Source: a virus
Reading direction: 5' to 3' (one strand)
Length of the DNA stretch: 64,000 nucleotides
Virus record (IMG/VR): IMGVR_UViG_3300027917_000034
Span: 17,892 to 81,891 of that record
This document shows, one piece after another, positions 7,724 to 16,687 of the stretch. The position numbers were made by a program, and so were the translations under genes. Below the pieces are notes generated by a model. That model did not search any database and was not told where the DNA came from. It saw only the letters and a list, made by a program, of their open reading frames with translations. Numbering within the stretch: the stretch's first letter is position 1; each line of letters opens with the position of its first letter.

Positions 7724-9694
7724 ATGTCTGAGATCGACGTTGACGCCCTCATGGGCGCAGAAGTGGAGACCTCTACCAAGGCGCTCTGCTACAAGACGGT
7801 TGACGTGTTCGCCGGGATAGTGGACCGCAAGCTCTGGCTCAAGGACGCCCCGCACGGCCAACCCCAGACGAACGGCTTCCTGATCGAAGTGCCTTTCTCG
7901 CACCCCCGCGCGTACCAGTACACGGAGCACGAGATCAGCCACATCCTCTTCCAGTCCGATTTCCTGGCGAAGCAGAAATTCATCGAAGAGTACAGCCAGA
8001 AGATCGGGCAGGTCGCGAAGAAGGCCGGGGCTCCGATCAACGAACGGATGCTTCGCGCCGGGCTGGACGGGATCATCGGTGTGCTGGACGACGAGCGGGT
8101 CATCTCGCTCTGGGGGCTGCTCTATCGAGGCTCCGAGGCCATCATGCGCCACATGAAGGCCGAGGAAGCAGTGCCCCACATGGGCCGGGCTCACGAGGAC
8201 TTCATCACCCTGCTCCTGTGCGTGGCGAGCGGCAACGACGTGCCTCCGGGAAAGCTCGACCGATTCGTCCCGTACATGCTGGAGGCGCTGCGGAAGGTGC
8301 ACCTGCGGGACTACTTCGGCTGCCTCGTGACCGCGAAGTGGCTCATCGTCCAACTGGTCTCCGAGATCATCCGGAAGTCGAGGGGCGAAGACCCTCCCCC
8401 GCTGCCCTCATTCCAGCCCGGAGCCGGACAGGGCGGGGCCTTCGGGTCTCAGGGTGCCCCTGGGGGCCTCCAGGACGGCTCTGGAGACGAGGAGCCGCCA
8501 TCTATGCCCTGGGAGGCGGACGGAGCCTCAGAGGGCTCTGAGGCCCCTTCTGGGGGCCACGGAGAGGCTGCCTGGGAGCCGCCCGAGGTCCAGGCCGGTC
8601 TGGAGGACCGCTCCAAGGCCATGCAGGACGTGATCGATGGGCTCGGCAAGGCACCCTCGAACATCACGAGCGAGGTGGTCGAGGGCAAATTCAAGCGGCG
8701 GGGTGAAGAGGCCGCAGCCAACCGCCGGGCTCGTGCGGCGATCAACGCGGACGTGAAGGATTCGAGCAAGTTGGAGGACGCGCTGGAGATTTCGGCCGGG
8801 CAGATGTTCCGCATCGTGGACAAGGCCCGCCACGCGACCAAGAACGCGCCGAATCACGACGACCGCATCCGGCACGAGAGCTACGCCAAGGTCGTCTTCA
8901 AGGACGTGAACCCTTCGGAGCACCGCGACCCTCACGCGAAGCTGGACGATGGGAGGGACGACGACACCGTGGCCCGGCTCCGCGCTCTGTTCCACCGGGT
9001 CATGGGCCGGCGTGTCAACGCGCTGGAGGAAGCTGGTTCGCAGATCGACATTCCGGCCTACATCGAACGCCGGATGACGAACGAGCCGCTGCCCGTCTTC
9101 CGCGTGGACCGCTTCGGCCGTGGGTTCCGCACCCTCATCCTCGTGGACCGCTCCTCGTCCATGTCCGGCCGCCGCACGGCGCAAGCGGAGAGAGCTTGCA
9201 GGGTCATCACCCGGGCGCTGGACTTCCCGTTCGTCACGCGCTCCGTCTGGGGCTTCCAGTCCTGGAAGGAAGGGCAGGTGGACATCACGCGGTTCCGGGC
9301 CGGGCAAGAGGTGTTCGAGTCGGAGTCGGCAGCAGTCGGCGGCGTCACTCCTCTCCACACGGCCATCCGAGTCGCCCTGAAAGAGTTGGAGGACGGCACG
9401 GACCGGAAGCACCTGTTCGTGATCAGCGATGGCTTCCCCGTCTTCGCTCGAAAGGACGGCGCGCACTTCGGGACCAAGACGCTCATGGGGTTCGTCCGAG
9501 GCAACGTCATGAGCGCCCGCGCGAAGGGCATGGGCGTCACCGGGGTCATGATTGGACGCGACCTGCCGGCCAAGTCCATGTCGTTCATGTTCGGCCCGTC
9601 GAAATACTGGCGCATCATGGGTGAGGACTCTTTCGGCAACGACCTCGTTCAACTGGTGACGGGCGCCTTTGTCGAGTACCTGAAGTCGAGGTGA
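7724..9694 (+). CDS. VWA-domain protein (CobT/NorD-like) with N-terminal HExxH
   Basis: MIDAS DRSSS, GGVTP, ISDG; HEISH near N-terminus. Confidence 0.85.
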   Translation: MSEIDVDALMGAEVETSTKALCYKTVDVFAGIVDRKLWLKDAPHGQPQTNGFLIEVPFSHPRAYQYTEHEISHILFQSDFLAKQKFIEEYSQKIGQVAKKAGAPINERMLRAGLDGIIGVLDDERVISLWGLLYRGSEAIMRHMKAEEAVPHMGRAHEDFITLLLCVASGNDVPPGKLDRFVPYMLEALRKVHLRDYFGCLVTAKWLIVQLVSEIIRKSRGEDPPPLPSFQPGAGQGGAFGSQGAPGGLQDGSGDEEPPSMPWEADGASEGSEAPSGGHGEAAWEPPEVQAGLEDRSKAMQDVIDGLGKAPSNITSEVVEGKFKRRGEEAAANRRARAAINADVKDSSKLEDALEISAGQMFRIVDKARHATKNAPNHDDRIRHESYAKVVFKDVNPSEHRDPHAKLDDGRDDDTVARLRALFHRVMGRRVNALEEAGSQIDIPAYIERRMTNEPLPVFRVDRFGRGFRTLILVDRSSSMSGRRTAQAERACRVITRALDFPFVTRSVWGFQSWKEGQVDITRFRAGQEVFESESAAVGGVTPLHTAIRVALKELEDGTDRKHLFVISDGFPVFARKDGAHFGTKTLMGFVRGNVMSARAKGMGVTGVMIGRDLPAKSMSFMFGPSKYWRIMGEDSFGNDLVQLVTGAFVEYLKSR

Positions 9695-10182
9695 CGATGG
9701 GGCGGGCGAGGAAAGGGAAGAAACAAGCTCCGGCCAAGGGGCGGACCGTCTACGAGGGGCCTGTGGGCCGCTGTCCGTGCTGCGACAAGCCGACAGAGGT
9801 GCGTCTGGGGAGCACGCTCGGCATGCCGGAGCCGGCAGGCTGGACGGTCCCTGCCGACGTCCTGGCAAGGCTCTACAGGGCCGTGGCGACCCGTATCCAG
9901 GAGAAGGGTGGGAAGCTGTACGTGACCGACCCTTCGGAGTACGACGCCACGCGCCGGGCGAAGCTGTTCTTTGTGGACGGCGACGACGGCATCGCTGGCC
10001 CCTTCGGGCAACTCGGTCTGAAGGTCTTCCTCGGCTCGCACTTCGGGGAGGACCACGCCGACAACATCCATGTCTACGTCGTGACGACGACGCACCGGGC
10101 ACTGGCTCGCATCCGAGAGTCGCCCTACGCGAAAGAGCAGGACGACCCCGGTGATCTCGACGGCTCGGCCGACCTGTTCTAG
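9691..10182 (+). CDS. hypothetical protein
   Basis: GTGA overlap; CPCC. Confidence 0.65.
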   Translation: MTMGRARKGKKQAPAKGRTVYEGPVGRCPCCDKPTEVRLGSTLGMPEPAGWTVPADVLARLYRAVATRIQEKGGKLYVTDPSEYDATRRAKLFFVDGDDGIAGPFGQLGLKVFLGSHFGEDHADNIHVYVVTTTHRALARIRESPYAKEQDDPGDLDGSADLF

Positions 10183-10185
10183 GCT

Positions 10186-10200
10186 GCGACCAGTGGTCGC
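10186..10200. promoter_or_regulatory. 15-bp palindrome, copy 2
   Basis: GCGACCAGTGGTCGC between stop codon and RBS. Confidence 0.75.
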
Positions 10201-10214
10201 AAATGGAGGTAGGC

Positions 10215-10919
10215 ATGTCTTGGTTCAAGAAACCGATCAACATCGGCATCACCATCGGAGCAGCCATCCTGGCCGTGGTCGCCATCGTCCTGATCGTCTG
10301 GGGAGTGACACATCACACCGAAGGCGGCATGCTAGAAGTTTGCTGGTCCGCCGATGGGCGGGCTCAGTATGTGGCAGGCTCGGAGGATGACGATGGCCCA
10401 TGTGAGGGGGCTCAAGAATTTCGTTGGCCGCAGGAGCAGATACCGCTCACCCTCGCGCCCGTCACGTCTGAGGGACAACTGCTGGGAGCGGACGCGCCTC
10501 AAGTCCGCGTGCTCGGACAGGCCGTCACCGACCTCAATCGTCAAGTCGGATTTGAGTTGTTTCGGGTGGGAACCGGACTACAGCCCTCCGACGCGGAAGT
10601 CCGATTTGGTGGAGCGTTTCTTGGCGGTCCGGAGAGAGCCGACTCCCCGCCGCCCGGACACGTCACCCACTTCCGGCTGGGCGGAACATCCACATACCGA
10701 GGCCACGTGTGGATACGGGCAGACGTGGGGTCCGTCGATCGTCTTCTATACCTTGTCCTCGAACACGAATTGCTCCATCTCGCCGGGCTAGCCCACGACG
10801 ACTTCACAGCGTCGATCATGTACCCCCTCACGCGCGAGGATTGGGACCAGGAAGTCATGTCCACCGCGCACGTAACCGACCAGGATCGCAGTAATCTCCA
10901 ACGACTCTACCGCCGGTAG
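10215..10919 (+). CDS. membrane-anchored metzincin (matrixin-like) metalloprotease
   Basis: N-terminal TM; HELLHLAGLAH; Met-turn SIMYP. Confidence 0.85.
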   Translation: MSWFKKPINIGITIGAAILAVVAIVLIVWGVTHHTEGGMLEVCWSADGRAQYVAGSEDDDGPCEGAQEFRWPQEQIPLTLAPVTSEGQLLGADAPQVRVLGQAVTDLNRQVGFELFRVGTGLQPSDAEVRFGGAFLGGPERADSPPPGHVTHFRLGGTSTYRGHVWIRADVGSVDRLLYLVLEHELLHLAGLAHDDFTASIMYPLTREDWDQEVMSTAHVTDQDRSNLQRLYRR

Positions 10920-10928
10920 TGAGTGATC

Positions 10929-10957
10929 TTGACTAGACACCCGTTAGCTGGTATGGA
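10929..10957 (+). promoter_or_regulatory. possible sigma70-type promoter
   Basis: TTGACT-N17-TATGGA with TG extension. Confidence 0.4.
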
Positions 10958-10966
10958 GGACACCAG

Positions 10967-11293
10967 ATGAAGGCTCTGAGAGGCATGAGCAAGGCCGACA
11001 CCTTGCGGCTGGCCGAGATCGAACACTACGTCGCGACGGGCAAGCGCCCGGACGACTTGCACGTGACCGACGAGTGGGTAGACGAGGCCATGAAATTCCT
11101 CGCAGGCGAGCTACGCCCGACCATCGACGCATGGGGTGAGGCCGCCGACGAGCAGGAGCGGGAGGCCATGGTCGCCATGGAGGCTCGGAAGCTGTGCCGG
11201 CTGTGGAGAAAGGGCGTGAACGGGGAGCAACGGGAGGCCGCTTTCAAGAGCCTCGACAAGGCAATCCAGAACGCAGAGGCCGCCCGGAAGTAG
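10967..11293 (+). CDS. hypothetical protein
   Basis: GGAGG RBS; 108 aa. Confidence 0.7.
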   Translation: MKALRGMSKADTLRLAEIEHYVATGKRPDDLHVTDEWVDEAMKFLAGELRPTIDAWGEAADEQEREAMVAMEARKLCRLWRKGVNGEQREAAFKSLDKAIQNAEAARK

Positions 11294-11417
11294 CAAGATC
11301 GGCTATCCCTGTGCTATGTTCTGCGACCGTGATTGAAGCCTTGCACACCGATCTTTCCCCAGACATCGAGTAGCGACGACTGACCCCGGTGTGCCGGGCT
11401 CAGAAGGGAGGTAGCCA

Positions 11418-12503
11418 ATGGCTACGTGGAGCGGCTTGTCGAGAAAACTCAGGGGGGCGGCGGTGATCGGAGCCATCCTGGTCGCTGTTGCGGCTGGGGC
11501 GTCCGTGACCCCTTTCCTCATCTCCTGCGAAGACACTGCGGAGGCTGGGGAGACCACCTGGGAGGAGCGGCGCCAGAAGGTGAGGGAGAGGCGAGCGAAA
11601 GAGGCCGCCGACTTCCGCCTGCGATGGGAGCAACGCGAACAGGCGTGGGAGGAGCGCCGGGCGAAGCAACTGGCCGAGGACGAGGCGCGGAGAGCGCGGT
11701 GGGAGAGGGAGCTTGCGAAGGCGCCGCCCCAAAAGCGTGTCCGCCGTGTCCGCCGGTTCCGGTGGGAGAGCCCAGCCGAGACGCGGGGCAAGGTCTGGAA
11801 TGTGCCTGTCGAGGAGACCGTGGAGTCGCTGGAGACGGCCCTGCTCCGGGTGTGCATAGCCGAGGCCGATGGCAACCCGCAGGACTGCGCCGGCATCTGG
11901 CAGGTGATCAAGAGCAACCGTCGCCGGTCGTGCGACCGAGGGATGATCCGCCGAATCACGGAGTGCGTGGACGGCGAGGGCGAGACCTACCTCTCCGCCA
12001 TCCGTCGCCACCAGCGCCACGTGCTCGGGATGATCAAGGCCCGCAACCAACGCGCGACGTGGGTGAGAAATCTCACCACGGACTGTGAGATGCCAGAGGG
12101 GTGGCCCGCCAGCCGAGAGCGGTGGGACTCGCAGTACGGCACCAAGACCTGCCCGCAGACCGTGGCCGACGTTCGCCGGCTACTCGCCGGGAAGTTGCCC
12201 GAGTCGAGGCCGGGAGCCCGCGTCCGATGGCTGCCAGGCCGCCCCGTGACGTGGGGAGGTCGCTGCGAGACCGGCAGAGGGGCCTGTGACGACCGGATCG
12301 CCTGTGCCAGGGGTCTGGCTCGCATCCCGGGCACGGACACTCTGAATGCCTTCTGGTGCCGTCCAGGACGTGCCGGTTGCCCGGAGGATATCGACCCGAT
12401 CTGCATTCAGATGGGGTATCCGAGCCGCCTGAAGGCGCCCGAGCCGGCCGAGACGGTGACGGCGATCGATCCCGTGGAGGAGCCCTCAGACGAAAACTCT
12501 TGA
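11418..12503 (+). CDS. membrane-anchored or lipoprotein with SleB-like (Hydrolase_2) lytic transglycosylase motif, Cys-rich C-terminus
   Basis: Hydrophobic N-terminus ending LISC; charged helical stalk; 'LLRVCIAEADG...AGIWQVIKSNR' resembles the SleB catalytic-Glu segment. Confidence 0.55.
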   Translation: MATWSGLSRKLRGAAVIGAILVAVAAGASVTPFLISCEDTAEAGETTWEERRQKVRERRAKEAADFRLRWEQREQAWEERRAKQLAEDEARRARWERELAKAPPQKRVRRVRRFRWESPAETRGKVWNVPVEETVESLETALLRVCIAEADGNPQDCAGIWQVIKSNRRRSCDRGMIRRITECVDGEGETYLSAIRRHQRHVLGMIKARNQRATWVRNLTTDCEMPEGWPASRERWDSQYGTKTCPQTVADVRRLLAGKLPESRPGARVRWLPGRPVTWGGRCETGRGACDDRIACARGLARIPGTDTLNAFWCRPGRAGCPEDIDPICIQMGYPSRLKAPEPAETVTAIDPVEEPSDENS

Positions 12504-12528
12504 CCTCGTGCTCCGAGGGGAGCAGTAT
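12500..12528 (+). promoter_or_regulatory. possible promoter of replication operon
   Basis: TTGACC-N17-CAGTAT. Confidence 0.45.
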
Positions 12529-12543
12529 CGTCCTCCGGTCTTG

Positions 12544-12750
12544 TGGAGGCCCACCACTAGACCGGGGAAAAAGGCATAGCTATGAAGCCTCTATGTGATA
12601 TAGTCCGTTTCTGCACGAGCCCGCTTGGAGTACGGGTTCGGGGATTGGCGTTGGCGTAAGCCACGCCCAACGGCGCTCCAAGCGCCGACGTCACAATAGC
12701 TATGCGGTCCCCGTTCTCCGTTGGGCCTCCAAGTGGGCTCGTGCTTTTTT
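12544..12750 (+). ncRNA. structured leader/attenuator-like RNA
   Basis: 18-bp stem 12613-12630/12727-12744 followed by T6; nested inner stems; competing upstream complementary segments. Confidence 0.6.
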
Positions 12751-12781
12751 ATGTGCGAGCCACAAGGGAGGAAGGTGGTTC

Positions 12782-14176
12782 GTGCGAGTCGGTCCCGAGC
12801 AATTCATCTACCGCGACTTCGCGTTCATCGACGCGATGATCCTGCCCGTCGTCGGTCCCAAGACCGTCGCCATCTACGACGTCCTCCGTCGCTACATCTG
12901 GCGCGCATCCGACAAGGGGGCGAAGAGGTCGAGAGACGCCTTCAAGAAGGGAAAGCTCTCTGCCTCCATCACCCGTAGCAAGTTGGCCGAGATGTCTGGC
13001 GTCTCCGTCCGAACCGTCCAGCGCCATCTCAACCGGCTCCGGGATATCTCGTGGGTGCGCTGGGAGAGCGGGAACGGGACCGGGGAAACGGTCGTCTACG
13101 AGCTAGGCTTCCGCACCCCGGACGGGGCCGAGGTGTTCTACGCCGACGCCAGCGCCAGGAAGCTGTGGCTCGGCCTGGAAGAGTTGGCCGTGCAGAGTGA
13201 GGTGGAGCGGGTGAACGACCTGCCCTGCGATGTGCGCCTGGCATTCACCCGGGGGTGGTTCGACCCAGAGGGGGGTGGTGACAAAAATGTCACCAGGGAG
13301 GTGTCATCGGTGTCACCAGGGGTGGTGACAGAAATGGCACCTAGTAATAGAGAACCCTTCGGGGAAGAAATAGAGAAGGGTTCCGAATATGCTGGGCGCT
13401 CCGCGCCAACACAGCCAACCGGCCCCGGACCAAAGCATTGGGACCAGCCCGCCGGACAAGAACGTAGAAGAAGGTCTCGGAAGAAGAAGGATCGAGAAAC
13501 AAGTGGCGCCGAGTTTGCTATTGACTCTGCTCTTGACTCCAGGCAGGATGAAGAGGACAGGCTCGAACGCGCGGCGGCGGCCGGGAAGATCGGCAAGTCC
13601 AAGGCCGACAAGCAACACGAGGCTGACGTGCGGCGGGCGCAGAGGCGGTTGGAGGAGAAGCGGACGGAGCAGGTGGAGAAGGGTCAGGCGAACGAGCAGC
13701 GAGCCAAGAACCTGAAGGGCGGGACCAAGTACACGCACGCGGTACTGAAGGCGGCTCGTCGTGCGTGGGACGTCTACTCCGACCTGATCAGAAGTGACTT
13801 CCCCGGCATGCCGGTGGTGAGGTGGAACGCGGATGGCAATGCGAAGGCGCGTGGTCAGATGTGTCGCCTCGTGGATATGTATGGTGGCGATGCCACGGTG
13901 CAAGCGATACGCTATGTGGTAGGAAATTGGGACGCGATCAACAAGCGCTTCTTCAAAAAAGGGCCGGGGAGCGTTCCAAACTTCGGGCTGCTCCTGTCCA
14001 TGCACGAGTCTCTGTTCCGAGAGTCGGCGCTGTGGGGGCAACACCGGGAGGTCGTGGAGGAGTGGGAGGCGTGGCAGCACGAGCACGAGGACGACGACGA
14101 GACGCCTCCCTCCGAGTTGCAGGGGCGCTATGAGCAGGCAAGGACAGCGTTGGAGTCTCTCGGGCTCGGGGGTTGA
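12782..14176 (+). CDS. replication initiator protein (N-terminal wHTH; lambda O-like role)
   Basis: HTH 'SKLAEMSGVSVRTVQRHLNRL'; internal iterons; directly upstream of DnaC-like and DnaB genes. Confidence 0.75.
   Translation: MRVGPEQFIYRDFAFIDAMILPVVGPKTVAIYDVLRRYIWRASDKGAKRSRDAFKKGKLSASITRSKLAEMSGVSVRTVQRHLNRLRDISWVRWESGNGTGETVVYELGFRTPDGAEVFYADASARKLWLGLEELAVQSEVERVNDLPCDVRLAFTRGWFDPEGGGDKNVTREVSSVSPGVVTEMAPSNREPFGEEIEKGSEYAGRSAPTQPTGPGPKHWDQPAGQERRRRSRKKKDRETSGAEFAIDSALDSRQDEEDRLERAAAAGKIGKSKADKQHEADVRRAQRRLEEKRTEQVEKGQANEQRAKNLKGGTKYTHAVLKAARRAWDVYSDLIRSDFPGMPVVRWNADGNAKARGQMCRLVDMYGGDATVQAIRYVVGNWDAINKRFFKKGPGSVPNFGLLLSMHESLFRESALWGQHREVVEEWEAWQHEHEDDDETPPSELQGRYEQARTALESLGLGG
13277..13341. 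repeat. three 18-bp palindromic iterons GGTGACA-N4-TGTCACC; probable replication origin
   Basis: Copies at 13277, 13300, 13324 (23-24 bp period), followed by an A-rich tract. Confidence 0.75.
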
Positions 14177-14194
14177 CGATGCCGGGAGGCCAGC

Positions 14195-14803
14195 ATGAGC
14201 GGCACCGCGCAATTCAGACGAAAGCTCGGTCGTGTAGACCTGGAGCGCATGAACCTGCCGGAAGACCTCTGGACGGCCAAGGTGCAGAACGTCAGCGAGG
14301 CGGTCCGGGAGAAGGTCGAGACGTACCTCCGGAACGTGGACGAGGCGGTGGCCAACGGTGCCGGGCTCGTCATCTACGGATCGAAGGGGGTTGGCAAGAC
14401 GGCTATCGCTGCTCTCGCAGCGAAAGAGGCCCGGTCCCGGGGTTACACGGCCCTGTTCGTCCGCATCTGGGAGCTACGGGAGATGATCCGCTCCCGCATG
14501 GAATTCGACATGGACTCGTCCATGGCCGAGCGTGCCCGGGAGGTGGACGTGCTTGTCCTGGACGACCTTCGGCCGGAAGACGCTGGCGAGAAGTTTTTCA
14601 CCCTCTCCGAGATCACAGAGATGGTCCGGTACAGGGCTTCTCGGAGGCGAGTGACGATCATCACGACACGGCTCGACAAGGGGGCGCTCACTGTGCCTCC
14701 CATGAATGGGCTGTTGGACGTCTTGCTCCTGTTCAAGGTGTCAGGCCCCGACCTGCACGACAGCCGGAAGCGAGCACTGAAAGAAGCGGTCCTGGGCAAC
14801 TGA
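14195..14803 (+). CDS. DnaC/IstB-like helicase loader ATPase
   Basis: GSKGVGKT, LVLDDL, TIITT. Confidence 0.85.
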   Translation: MSGTAQFRRKLGRVDLERMNLPEDLWTAKVQNVSEAVREKVETYLRNVDEAVANGAGLVIYGSKGVGKTAIAALAAKEARSRGYTALFVRIWELREMIRSRMEFDMDSSMAERAREVDVLVLDDLRPEDAGEKFFTLSEITEMVRYRASRRRVTIITTRLDKGALTVPPMNGLLDVLLLFKVSGPDLHDSRKRALKEAVLGN

Positions 14804-14824
14804 GATCGTAGGCGGGGGTAGGGC

Positions 14825-16222
14825 GTGGACCTGGACACCATCTTTGTCGCTAGTGCGCTGAAAGGCGGGCGAGCGGCTGTCAGACTGGCCATCGACAAGG
14901 GCGTGGATGAGGACTGCCTGGCTGGGCAGGGCCTCAAAGCCTGGCGGTTCGTTCTCGACTACCTGAAGCAGTACCACGACGTCCCCGATCCAGCGATGGT
15001 ACAGGGGAAGACCGGCGTGAAGCTGGACGACCCTCCCCCCGGCACGCCACCGGAGTTTTACATAGACGAGGTGCTCAACCGCCGGCTCCACAATGCCATC
15101 GGGGCGCAACTCTCAGAGATCGTCAAGCACTTCAAGGCTCGCGACCCACAGGCGGCCTACGCGGAGTACGAGGATGGGCTCCGGGAGCTACGGAAGCTGG
15201 GCACCCACGCCGCGAGGACGGTGAGCCTCCCCTCACTCGGGTCGGAATTCCTGGACTACTACGACAAACTCAAGGCCGGGTACCGGGGCATCCTCACCCC
15301 GTGGCCAACGATCAATGAGGCGACTCTCGGCTTCTGGCCCGAGGATTTCGTCCTGTACGTCGCTCGCCTCGGGGTCGGCAAGACGTGGGCGCTGGCGATC
15401 ATCGCGGACAACGTGTGGACGGTACAGAAGAAGCGCGTTCTGTTCGCCACGACAGAGATGGCGCAACTGAAGATCATGCAGCGGTGGGTCGCCATCCACT
15501 TCAAGTACCCGTACAACGATCTTCGGAAGGGCCTTCTCTCCGCGTTCGCGGAACAGAAGATGCGCGACCGTCTGGGAGAGATGGCGAAAGAGGAAGGGCT
15601 CTATATCATCGGCGGCGATTTCGACTTCAGGATCGAATCCCTGGAGGCGGCGATCGAAGAGGCCGAGCCCGACGTGGTGTTCATGGACGGTGCCTACCTC
15701 TTGAAGGTCAAGGGAGAGGGCCGGACCGAGAAGGCGGCCAACTCGTTCGATGAATTGAAGCGTGTGGCCAAGCGCAACCACCTCCCGCTCGTCGCCTCGA
15801 CGCAATTCAACCGCGAGGTGAAGGGGAACAAACTCTCCTCGGCAGGCCCCGAGAAGATCGCCCTCTCCGACGCGGCCGGATGGAACGCTGATCTCATCTT
15901 CGGGCTGGTGCGGACAGACGACATGAAGCGCGACAAGCGCATGGTCCAGCTACCCCTGAAATTCCGAGAGGGGGAGGGTGAAGAAATCGAGACGCATTGG
16001 GACTTCGATACGATGAATTTCGATGAGCTACCAAAGGGCGCTGCGGCGGCCGTAGCGGGCTCTGGAGGCGCCGGAGGCTCTGGGGGTGCCGGAGGCGGTC
16101 AGGCGGGCTCTGGAGGCGGCTCAGGGGCCTCTACGGGCGGTTCTGGACCGGACCCGGACCCCTATGGAACCGGGCTCCTGTTCGGGGACGATGACGATAC
16201 GAAAGACCAGGTGCCTTTCTGA
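14825..16222 (+). CDS. dnaB: replicative DNA helicase, DnaB family
   Basis: ARLGVGKT, TTEM, FMDG, QFNR, K.R.G motifs. Confidence 0.9.
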   Translation: MDLDTIFVASALKGGRAAVRLAIDKGVDEDCLAGQGLKAWRFVLDYLKQYHDVPDPAMVQGKTGVKLDDPPPGTPPEFYIDEVLNRRLHNAIGAQLSEIVKHFKARDPQAAYAEYEDGLRELRKLGTHAARTVSLPSLGSEFLDYYDKLKAGYRGILTPWPTINEATLGFWPEDFVLYVARLGVGKTWALAIIADNVWTVQKKRVLFATTEMAQLKIMQRWVAIHFKYPYNDLRKGLLSAFAEQKMRDRLGEMAKEEGLYIIGGDFDFRIESLEAAIEEAEPDVVFMDGAYLLKVKGEGRTEKAANSFDELKRVAKRNHLPLVASTQFNREVKGNKLSSAGPEKIALSDAAGWNADLIFGLVRTDDMKRDKRMVQLPLKFREGEGEEIETHWDFDTMNFDELPKGAAAAVAGSGGAGGSGGAGGGQAGSGGGSGASTGGSGPDPDPYGTGLLFGDDDDTKDQVPF

Positions 16223-16683
16223 TGGCCAAAGCCGACATGCCGGTCCTGGTCAAGCACTGTGCGCTGGCGATCTACAAGTCGGGCTACTGCTCTGGCACCA
16301 AGGTCGAGAAGGTCCAGCAAGCGCTCCGAATCGCGGTGAGCCGGCTCGTGGAGTACGGCTTCCTCTGGAAGAATGCCGGCAAGGTGGCACCGGAGAAGAT
16401 CAAACTCCGAGCCAAGGGCCAGAAGGCCGAGAGCCGGCACCGCCGAGAGAAGGGCGGGAAGGTCAAGACTGCGGAGTGGGACGCGCTCTACAAGTTGACG
16501 CAGGAAGAGGCAGAAGAGGACGAGGGTGCGGGGGCCACGTCGGACGACGCCGAGCCGGTAGCGGCGGAGCGGTACGAGAGCCGGCCCCAACAGAGACGAC
16601 GCCGCCTGGCAAAGGCGGCCCGCTCGTCGGCACGCCGCATGCCCAAGAGGGTGAAGCGAGCCAAGCGAGCAAAGCGACGGTGA
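16222..16683 (+). CDS. basic hypothetical protein
   Basis: TGATG coupling; Arg/Lys-rich C-terminus. Confidence 0.7.
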   Translation: MAKADMPVLVKHCALAIYKSGYCSGTKVEKVQQALRIAVSRLVEYGFLWKNAGKVAPEKIKLRAKGQKAESRHRREKGGKVKTAEWDALYKLTQEEAEEDEGAGATSDDAEPVAAERYESRPQQRRRRLAKAARSSARRMPKRVKRAKRAKRR

Positions 16684-16687
16684 GGAC

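Noticed and set aside
8528-10285. Long minus-strand ORFs (e.g. 585, 545, 484, 420 aa)
   Set aside because: Antisense shadows of high-GC + strand genes; no motifs, and the + strand is fully tiled
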